Assembly (NCBI GenBank): GCA_964016885.1
Contig: OZ024761.1
Location: forward strand, 19,344,001-19,408,000
Origin: Eledone cirrhosa
Lineage: Eukaryota
Reading direction: 5' to 3'
DNA length: 64,000 nt
Shown: positions 54,975 to 64,000 of the stretch, in pieces
Position numbering within the stretch: the stretch's first letter is position 1
Layout: each line of letters starts with the position of its first letter
The notes under the pieces: model-generated
Databases searched by the model: none
What the model was told of the DNA's origin: nothing
Seen by the model: only the letters and a program-made list of their open reading frames with translations
Translations under genes and position numbers: made by a program

Positions 54975-55148
54975 GTCGGCTGAAAAGTTCATGACCAGAT
55001 TAGGAAGGAGTGATATGCATCAATTTCAACTCTTCTTTTTAATAACTACATTGTTTCTTTCCAGGGACAATAGTGAGAAATAAATCTCTTTTAGTCATTC
55101 TATGAGAGTATCTTGGTCAGATTATGGACTTTTCAGCCGATCCTCGTA
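54975..55148. mobile_element. Mariner-type MITE (TIR consensus tacgagggtcggctgaaaagttcatag); other whole or partial copies at ~3165-3275, 29698-29775, 56030-56267, 60480-60805
   Basis: Inverted ends gtcggctgaaaagttcat / atggacttttcagccgatcctcgta; internal sequence shared among copies. Confidence 0.8.
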
Positions 55149-56267
55149 TCTTCCTTAAATACGAGGGCTGTTCGTGTGTGTGTGTATTCACGATTATTTG
55201 TTTGTGTCTGTGTGTGCGTGTTGTTCTTCCTGTCTTCTTATGTGTCATTCATGTCCTTCTCACTCTCTCTCTCTCTACTTATCTATCTGTATGCCTCTGT
55301 AGGTATGTGTCTTCCTTTATCTTGTGAAGGCGCGTGACTTATTGGTTAGGGAATTGGATTCGCAATTGTGAGGTTGCGAGTTCGATTCCCGGACCGGACC
55401 GGGCGATGCATTATACCCTTGAGCAAGACACTTTATTTCCCGTTGCTCTTCCTGCCAAGAGTTGCGACTGGCAGATAGTATCAGCGATGGAAAGACCAAT
55501 AGAAACATTGTTTCCTTGGTTTGATTTGATGAGTTCCACCTCACTCGGTTACAAATAAGGTCAGATCTTGTTGATCGCCCTAAAGAAGTATATCTCCCCT
55601 ACCTCTCTTTCTACATGCACACGCCATTAAATACTGGACGTGTAGTTCCCACCACCACCACCACACTGCCCCCTCCCCAACCTTTTTACTTTTACTGTAA
55701 CTCCTGATGGAATCGTAGGGGTGCCGTATTGACTTACTCGTAAGGCATTTCTTGGGTATTTTAAACCTGGCGGAACACATCCCCTCTCCATGACTGAATA
55801 TAGTAAATTTCTTCAACAGAAATATAGAAAGTGAGAGGGGGGGAGGGAGAAAGAGATATAGAGTGGAAGAATCGACCCAATACGTGACTGGTACTTTTTT
55901 GCTCGACCTCGTAAGAATGAAATGTAAACTTGACCTCGGCGGGATTTGAACTGAGAATGAAGAGAGCAGAAACGAATACCACAAAGCACTCTATCTGACG
56001 TTCTAATGCAACGGTTCTCAAACTAAGAAGATTTGGAATTAATGCATGCAAGATTTCAGAGCTCTAGCATCACTCCTTCATAGTCAGCCTATGACCAATA
56101 TACTCTCATGGAATGACCAAATGGGGTTTATTTTCCAACATAGTCCCTGGAAGAAAACAATCCAGAGTTATTAATAAGAAGAGTTGAAATTAAGGCATGC
56201 AAGATTTCACAGCTCCAGCATTAATCCATTTATAGTCAGCCTATGAACTTCTCAGCCGGCTCTCGTA

Positions 56268-56610
56268 CCATTGCGAAACGGGAAAATTGTGATGCTAATG
56301 TGGCCTTTTGCCTTCCCCCGGTCCATTCCCACGGCTTCGAGCTGCAATGGGAAGCCAGCAGCGCCCAAGCTATACTTAATGGTCTCGCTGAGAGCGGCTT
56401 GGTAGTGGTGGTAAGGAAGCGACCAGCCTTGTAACGGAAGAACAGTGTGGGTGAAGGCCGAAAACATCCCCGGTGTACCACAGAGTATTTCGTGTTGCTT
56501 GGAGATCCAAATTATTTTAGCTTGGAGATTCTGTTGAAGACCAGTTTAAGAAAAGGCAAGCTTCAGTTGAGTTTTGATGCCAAGATCCGTCAGTTCCCAC
56601 CTCATGATTT
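56268..56610 (+). promoter_or_regulatory. Unique CpG-containing block; candidate STOX promoter or non-coding first exon ending at a gtaagt donor (56611)
   Basis: Non-repetitive, richer in GC and CpG than its surroundings, with TCAGTT Inr-like hexamers and a consensus donor. Confidence 0.35.
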
Positions 56611-56960
56611 GTAAGTACCAATTGCTTACTCTTTGTGGAGGAGCGCAAGGATCCTCCATCACCACTACTACCCCATCCCCCACCATCGTCACCATTAACA
56701 CCTCCACCACCATCATCATTTAACACCACCACCACCACCATGGTACCTACTGTTTGTCTACAGTAGAAGGGATCTGTGGATGTGGGAGTGGGTATGCATT
56801 TATGTATGTACATGTGTGTGTATGTATGAATGTACGTATACACATGCATACATATGTACGTATGTATATATATATATACAATCATATAGTTATATAATTG
56901 TTTTATATGAATAAATATATTTTTTCCGTTTACATATATATGTATGTATTTATATATGCG

Positions 56961-56997
<37 letters not shown>

Positions 56998-57196
56998 ATG
57001 GAGAGAGAGGAGGAACTTAATGGATATTCTACACTGACGGATATATGTAGAAAGAAGGAGATAGAGATAGACAGGATCGCTGGTTTGTAGAAGGAAGGGG
57101 TCCAGAAATAGACAGACGGATAGATATAGATATATATATAGAGAGAGAGAGAATTTACAGGGGAGATAATCGTTTTGGATGTGCTACAGTACTCTG

Positions 57197-57208
57197 CCGC
57201 TAGGTGGC
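57197..57208 (+). promoter_or_regulatory. CTCF-like core motif CCGCTAGGTGGC
   Basis: Fits the CTCF core consensus CC(A/G)(C/G)(C/T)AG(A/G)(G/T)GGC, in unique sequence about 300 bp upstream of the STOX ATG. Confidence 0.45.
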
Positions 57209-57400
57209 TCAAATGACACTATTGAATGGCAATTCCAGCGACACTGCTATGTCACTGTGAATGACACAGATCCCTCTTTCCCTCTGCCTTTTCCATTGGT
57301 TTTAGCCTGGTTCTGGACAGGGAAGCTACACCTTCCTGTGAATAACCTCCGAGGGAAGTATATATATATTTATATTTATTTATATCCATTTAATATACAG

Positions 57401-57499
57401 ACCCCCTTTGAAACTAGCAACACTCTGAGACATGGTTTGCCTCGCATGGAAACGGAGCTTCATATAAAATGGTCCAAAGATACGTGCTGACGACGTGAA
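57401..57499 (+). promoter_or_regulatory. Putative STOX 5' UTR segment with three uORFs (57432-57467, 57446-57490, 57469-57498)
   Basis: Possible acceptor (ccatttaatatacag) ends at 57400; three ATG-stop ORFs read directly. Confidence 0.5.
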
Positions 57500-58271
57500 A
57501 TGTCTTCGAAAGCCAACCAAGATGACTGCCGATCGGCACCAAAGAACGTTTGTGTTACTTCTCGCTGTTTAGCTGTGATTTTGAGTCCAACAAAAACACA
57601 ATTTGTCCAGGCTGACGGACCCGGCTCGGCGAGTTCAGCAGGTGTTTCTACGGGCGTATACAGTAACAGCAACACTAACACAACTACAGCCACTACCACA
57701 GCAAGCTTCACTCCGTCTCCCACTTGGAATTCGCCAACACGCAGCCCTCGTCAACCGCTGTCTCTTATACAGGTTGCCCACCACCAACACCATCAACAAC
57801 AACAACACCACCACCATCATCACCACAACAACAACCACGGTTTAAGAGGCAGCAACAACAATAATAATAGTAACAACCATCCACAGGGTGGTGGTGGTGC
57901 TGGAACGAATCGAGACGGTGCCAGCAAACATGAAACCGCATCGTCGTCGTTAGCCGAGGTATCGAGTGGTGCTGTGGGTAGCAATACCAATGCAGGAGCA
58001 TCTGTACCCGGCAATGGTGGGGATGCGTCAGTTGCACCTTCCATTTCTTATAGTGGAGGGCGTGAAATCTGGGAAGACTTTAGGTTCCGTAACAAAACCT
58101 GTTACTGGAACCCTGCCCTCGCGGAAAGCATTAAAAACCTGGAGTATATGGGATTCGTCCAACCGTGTACCCTTTTGGTCAGCGGACCCGACTTACATTT
58201 GGATAATTTACGAATGGCTTGGGGTCGCCGCGTGCTCAAAGCTCCCACTAATTTCTCCATTGACAATATAG
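57500..58271 (+). CDS. STOX1: Storkhead-box protein (STOX1/STOX2/knockout-like), first coding exon
   Basis: ORF has CLAVIL...GGREIWEDFRFRNKTCYWNPALAESIKNLEYMGF...LRMAWGRRVLKAPTNFSIDNIG, resembling the human STOX1 N-terminal region as I recall it (SLALVL...GGRAVFRAFRRANARCFWN...[22 protein letters not shown]). Phase-1 gtaagt donor at 58272. The winged-helix exons were not found in the window. Probably co-orthologous to STOX1 and STOX2. Confidence 0.9.
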
Positions 58272-59245
58272 GTAAGTCGCCCCTCTCGTTTTTTTGTTTT
58301 TTTTTGTTTTTCGTTCTTTCCATGTGTGTGTATAATGGATGTTTGATTATTTAGCGTGAACCTAATATAATTGTCTAAAATTGCCCCCTGTGTTTTGTTT
58401 GTTTCAATACACAGCTATATATTCGCACAACCATAAAACTATATATATATATATATATAAATATTTGATTATATTTATTTGTATATTATATATGTTTGAT
58501 AAAATAAAGTCCTGGGGTCGATGTAATCGACTTTTCCCGACCCACAAATTGTTGGCCTTGTACCTAAATTACAAATCATTATATAAAGGGTTAATATATA
58601 TACAGTATATATATAAACCCTAATTTATGCACAAGGCCAACAATTATATATATATATATATATATGCTTCTACTGCTTTCAGCCATTGATCTAGGGCCAT
58701 ACTGGAGCAGGGTAAACCTTCAGGAATTTTAATATCAAACCATAGAATCACAGTAATTAGTCTGTTACTCGTATTTTATCAATCTATAATTGTCGAACGG
58801 CTTAGTTTACATTGAGCCACGTACCTACGTACACACTCATACACTTTGATGTATGTATGTTTATATGGATGATAGAAGAGGTATATATATATATATATAT
58901 ATACACAAAATCTATCCACAAACACATTATATAACGTATATATATATATATATGTATATACACACTCAAACATATAGTCTTTGCTTTACATATTATTTGG
59001 TGTGTGACGGTCTACATTTGAAGTAAAAAAGAGGGAGGCGGGGGTGATATAAGTGTTTTGACATGTTTGTTAGTTTGCTTAGAAGTAGTAGTAGTTGTAG
59101 TAGTAGCAGAAAAATACTACTACTAGTAGTAGTAAAATAGTAGTAGTAGTAGCGTTCAGAATGATAGCATCAGTGATGATTTCTAAGAGGGCAAGAAGCT
59201 TCTCTGTCTCTCTCACTCTCACACTTTGATCTCTCTCTCTCTCGC

Positions 59246-59315
<70 letters not shown>

Positions 59316-59318
<3 letters not shown>

Positions 59319-59394
59319 GGTGTTCCTCCCAAAATGTATACACATTTAAACAGCATTCTAATCAAAGCATGTACACATTTTTTGGGACACTCTG
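59316..59394. mobile_element. Miniature (~79 bp) Tc1/mariner-type MITE within (TA)n
   Basis: cagggtgttcctcccaaaatgtatacac ... tgtacacattttttgggacactctg, TA flanks. Confidence 0.7.
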
Positions 59395-59453
59395 TATATA
59401 CACACACACTGATCTCTCTCTCATTTTGATCTCACTCTCTCTTTAAGGATATT

Positions 59454-59489
<36 letters not shown>

Positions 59490-59494
59490 CATAC

Positions 59495-59532
<38 letters not shown>

Positions 59533-59599
59533 TTATATTATGAAGAGTCGAGAACCCGACGGTTGAGCTTTTGCCATGTCAACAGCAAGTTCCAGACTC

Positions 59600-59648
<49 letters not shown>

Positions 59649-59980
59649 GAGAGAGAGAGAGAGAGAATTATAGCTATATAATCAGAGGTGTGTATATATG
59701 TATGTATGGTGTGTTTGTTGTAAAAATAACATCAATTGATAACGAATTCTTTACATTGGCACAATGCCTCCAGTTTTGTCGGTGGGGGGCTAATTTTACA
59801 GATGCTGTAAAAAGACTAGTTGTTTATCAGTTGATCACAGCGTTGATGGTTGGTGTTTAACCCCAGGTCAGCTCCTGAGAGAGCAACACAATGATCGAAG
59901 GCGTTCCTGTTGTAACCACCCATCCTGCGTGCGTGCGTGTGTGTGTGTATATAACTAAAATGTTTGATTTTATCTGTATG

Positions 59981-60019
<39 letters not shown>

Positions 60020-60181
60020 ATGTATATATATGTATGAGGGTAGTACTAAGCACTAGTCAATTACCAGTATGTATATGTGTATATACATGTATATATATGT
60101 GTATATACATGTATATATATGTGTATATACATGTATATATATGTACATATATATATATATGTGTGTGTATCTGTAATTATA

Positions 60182-60212
<31 letters not shown>

Positions 60213-60216
<4 letters not shown>

Positions 60217-60435
60217 TTATTAAAATAACAGATTAAAGTTTAAGCAAAGAATCGCTGCTTTCACCCTTAACGGGATCTTCTGAAACCCGTTAAGGGTGAA
60301 AGCAGCGATTCTTTGCTTAAACTTTAATCTGTTATTTTAATAAATATTTGCTCTACGGTTCTTATATATTTGATATATATTTATCCTTATCGAGCCCTCT
60401 TTGGATTTTAGTCTTCAAATTTATTATTATTACTA
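60213..60435 (+). mobile_element. Fold-back mini-element family P1: perfect 62-bp arms (60213-60274 / 60286-60347), 11-nt loop
   Basis: Inverted repeat checked by eye; embedded in (TA)n; relatives at 5540-5736 and 49063-49126. Confidence 0.75.
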
Positions 60436-60825
60436 TATATATATGTAAATAAATATATATATATATAAATAAATAAATAATGAGGGGTCGGCTGAAAAGT
60501 TCATAGGCTGCCCAGGGGTCGGCTGAAAAGTTCATAGGCTGACCAAGATACTCTCATTGCATGACCAAATGAGGTTTATTTTTCAACATTGTCCATGGCT
60601 AGAAACAATACAGTTATTATTAATAGGAAGAGTTGAAATCAGTGCATGCAAGATTTCACAACTCTAGCATCAATCTTGCATGCATTGATATACGAGGGCG
60701 GTCTAAAAAGTTCATAGGTTGACCACTGAAGGATTGATGCTAGAGTTATGAAATCTTGCATGCATTGATTTCAACTCTCCCTATTAATAATAACTGTATT
60801 GTTTAACAATATATATATATATATT

Positions 60826-60856
<31 letters not shown>

Positions 60857-61028
60857 GCGGACGTTTCTTGTGTTCGTCTTATTCGGGAAACCTCTGGTAA
60901 TGAGGTAATTATACTGTATTGTTTATTATACATTATATATATTGCCTTTCATCCTTACGGGGTCGATAAAATAAAGTACCAGTAATGCACTGGGTAATTG
61001 CTGGCCTTGTGCCAAAAGTAGAAACAAT

Positions 61029-61059
<31 letters not shown>

Positions 61060-61314
61060 GTGTGTGTGAAAAGTAAATGGAAAAAAACTCAACAGATTAT
61101 ATATATATATTTAGGGGTTTCATTATCCACTGACAATAAGTAGGATATATGATATGATTAGAGGGAGGGATTTGACTGCTATTTCTAGCAGGTTTCACGA
61201 TCGTGTAGAGAAGAGGCTTCCTTGTTGACTGGCAAAGGTGATGGAACTGATAGTATTAAGTCTAAGTGGATGGATTAGAGATGTGTGGTCTGAACGACGT
61301 ACATGTACACACAC

Positions 61315-61349
<35 letters not shown>

Positions 61350-61582
61350 AATGCGTGTGCATATGTATGTATATGTACATGTTTGTGTGTATATATATTT
61401 ATGTGTGTGTATGAATGTGTGTATATATATTTATGTGTGTGTATGAATGTATATATATATATTTATGTGTGTATGTATATATATATATATTTATGTGTGT
61501 ATATATATATATATTTATGTGTGTGTATTTATGTGTCTATGTGTATTTATAAATGTATATGCAATCATATATATATATATAT

Positions 61583-61776
61583 AAGTTTTAATATAGATGA
61601 GATTCTACAGGACTAGAACTGTTTCATTCTTTAGAAATCATCAGGATTCCTGATGATTTCTAAAGAATGAAACAGTTCTAGTCCTGTAGAATCTCATCTA
61701 TATTAAAACTTTTATACTCTGCAATGTATTGAGTACCTTACTTACTGTGGTTACCTCCGATTCAACCCAGAATAAC

Positions 61777-61778
<2 letters not shown>
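61583..61778 (+). mobile_element. Penelope-like fold-back mini-element: perfect 64-bp arms (61583-61646 / 61648-61711) with a hammerhead-like motif at 61642-61686
   Basis: Inverted repeat checked by eye; CTGATGA-tttc-taaa-gaat-GAAAcagtt core; embedded in (TA)n. Confidence 0.7.
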
Positions 61779-61832
<54 letters not shown>

Positions 61833-62107
61833 AGTACTCTGGTATTGCGGGAGAAAAATTGGTCTTGATGGTTTGAGAATAAGAAAGGATTATGATTGTA
61901 TTACATAATAATTATGGTTGTTTATAGTCAGTAGATCAGTCCTGACTGAATAAATATGTCTAGGATCAAAAGCATTCCACCTACGACTATCCCCGCGTTC
62001 TTTAAAGGATTATCTAGGATTACAAGCTCTAACGTTTCCGTCCGTCCGTTCCTTACTTGTGAGACTAAGTATAAGGTGTGATTTCAGCAAGATTTCGTTG
62101 TTGTATC

Positions 62108-62400
62108 TAGCATGTCAAGAGATAACAGTGTGTACAAATTAAAAAAAGTTCTACACTCCAATATTAGTATAAGTATAAGAAGTGAATAATACAATACACA
62201 CACACACAGACACACAGACACAGACACACACACAGACACATACACACACACATACACACACACAGCTAGATAGATAGATAGATGTGTGTGTATGTGTATA
62301 TATAGCATGTCAAGAGATAACAGTGTGTACAAATTAAAAAAGTTCTACATTCCAATATTAGTATAAGTGTACTGAATGAATAATACAATACACATACACA
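62108..62400. repeat. Local direct duplication (~85-bp unique block twice, separated by CA/GATA microsatellite)
   Basis: tagcatgtcaagagataacagtgtgtacaaattaaaaaa..gttctaca..ccaatattagtataagt at ~62108 and ~62303. Confidence 0.85.
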
Positions 62401-62666
62401 CACACACACATATATTATATATATATATATACACATAGATATATAGATAGATAGATGTATATATATGGATGTATATTTATCTATCTATCTCTCTATATAT
62501 ATTGCCCATTGTTGTCTTATGTTATAAGGTCATACTCTGTTTATGTCAATATCTTAACACCAAATATTGTATTCTATCTGAAGAAAGCATACTATATTCT
62601 AGTATCCTTGAAATATGTATAATGAGATAAATATGTTGTTATAAAGATATTTTCCATTTATTAATA

Positions 62667-62783
<117 letters not shown>

Positions 62784-64000
62784 GCCTGAAGAATGTATAG
62801 CTGAAAAATCTGTACTCTATCTAAGTTCAAATCAGAGTCAATCCATGAAACTTAATTTAATAATGTATAAAGATCATATATATATATATATATGGAAATT
62901 ATATATATGTTTATGTGTATAATATATATATATATAATACTTATCTAGATAGATGTGTTTATATATATAAATGTGTGTATGTATGTATATATATTTGTGT
63001 ATATATAATATTTAACACACACACACACGTGTGTGTGTGTGTGTATATATATATATGTGTGTGTGTATATATACATGTGTACGTGTATGTATATATGTGT
63101 GTGTCCCCTGTAATCTATCCATCAGTATTTATTTTCTCCCAACAAAATAAATCATCTTCTCCACAAGTGAAGAAGGGAACTCATGGAATGGGTCCCTGAC
63201 TCTAGTCTCAAGCCAGTGTCTGCTACAGATAATATTGGATTCTTCACTCTTTCCTCCTCTCCTTCCTTCTTCCCTCTTATTCTATCTCTACTGCCTTCTC
63301 CCTCCCTCCCTCCTCTATCTCTATGACCTTCTCACCCTCCCTCCTTCTCTATTACCTTCTCCCCCCTCCCTCTACATCTATCTCTGGTCACAACCTCTTC
63401 CTCCTCCTCCTCCCTCGCTGTCTTTACAACTACTATTACCACCACCACCTCTGCTTATACTATGATCACAAACAACACCACCACCACCACCACCACTCTC
63501 CCCAGTTTTACTACTACTACTACTACTACTACTCTCCAGAATTTTACTACTACTACTACTACTACTACTGCCACCACTACAACCACTCTCCCCAGTTTTA
63601 CTACTACTACTACTACTACTATTATATTTGCCTTTATTACTCTTACCACCACCACCTCTGCCTTTCCTACTACTACCACCTAGCTGCCTATACTACAATC
63701 ACAAACACCACCAACACCCTGGCTCCACTACAACCACTACCATTAACACCTCACCTCTACTACAAAGACCACTTATTCCTTACACCACCAACACCTCTGT
63801 CATCCTTGTCTCTGCCTCCACCATCACCACCATCACTCTGCCTCTACTATCACCACCATCACTCTGCCTCTACCATCACCACCATCTATTCCTTTTCTCT
63901 CACTACCTCCCCCATCACCAACACTCCCCCATATTTTCCCCACCTTGACTACTACCAACACCACCACTGTCTCTATTACATTTTCTACCAACCCAACACC

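Noticed and set aside
58272-58354. C-terminal part of the 284-aa ORF (KSPLSFFCFFLFF...)
   Set aside because: Read-through into the intron after a consensus gtaagt donor; STOX similarity ends at the donor.
63235-63948. Pro/Leu- and Thr-rich ORFs as STOX exons or a mucin-like gene
   Set aside because: Simple (CCT)n/(ACT)n/(CAC)n low-complexity sequence; the expected STOX exon-2 motif (QM.PI.QSQF.PL) was not found.

Overview
This is AT-rich, microsatellite- and transposon-dense eukaryotic DNA. The SINE, RTE and MITE repertoire suggests a coleoid cephalopod, probably an octopod (inference). Two protein-coding genes lie on the + strand. (1) A UBE2D/UbcD1 (effete)-type ubiquitin-conjugating E2 has five coding exons at 16243-16306, 23432-23463, 28320-28397, 38593-38698 and 39992-40131. 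Its 8-codon first coding exon was not found and probably lies upstream of the window. (2) The first coding exon of a Storkhead-box (STOX1/2, knockout-like) gene lies at 57500-58271 and carries a long low-complexity insert. The rest is mostly repeats: a rearranged RTE LINE, RTE-derived non-autonomous elements, several tRNA-derived SINE families, TTAA-specific piggyBac-type MITEs, Tc1/mariner and pogo-type elements, Penelope-like fold-back elements and minisatellites. The most unusual observations are minimal hammerhead-ribozyme motifs in microsatellite-embedded mini-elements, 62-64 bp perfect palindromes, a duplicated branch point/acceptor ahead of the last UBE2D exon, a MITE-in-MITE-with-LINE nest, a MITE with a 20-bp TTAA-to-TTAA target duplication, and three uORFs directly upstream of the STOX start. 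All calls come from reading the sequence by eye; no database searches or folding programs were run, and repeat boundaries are approximate.
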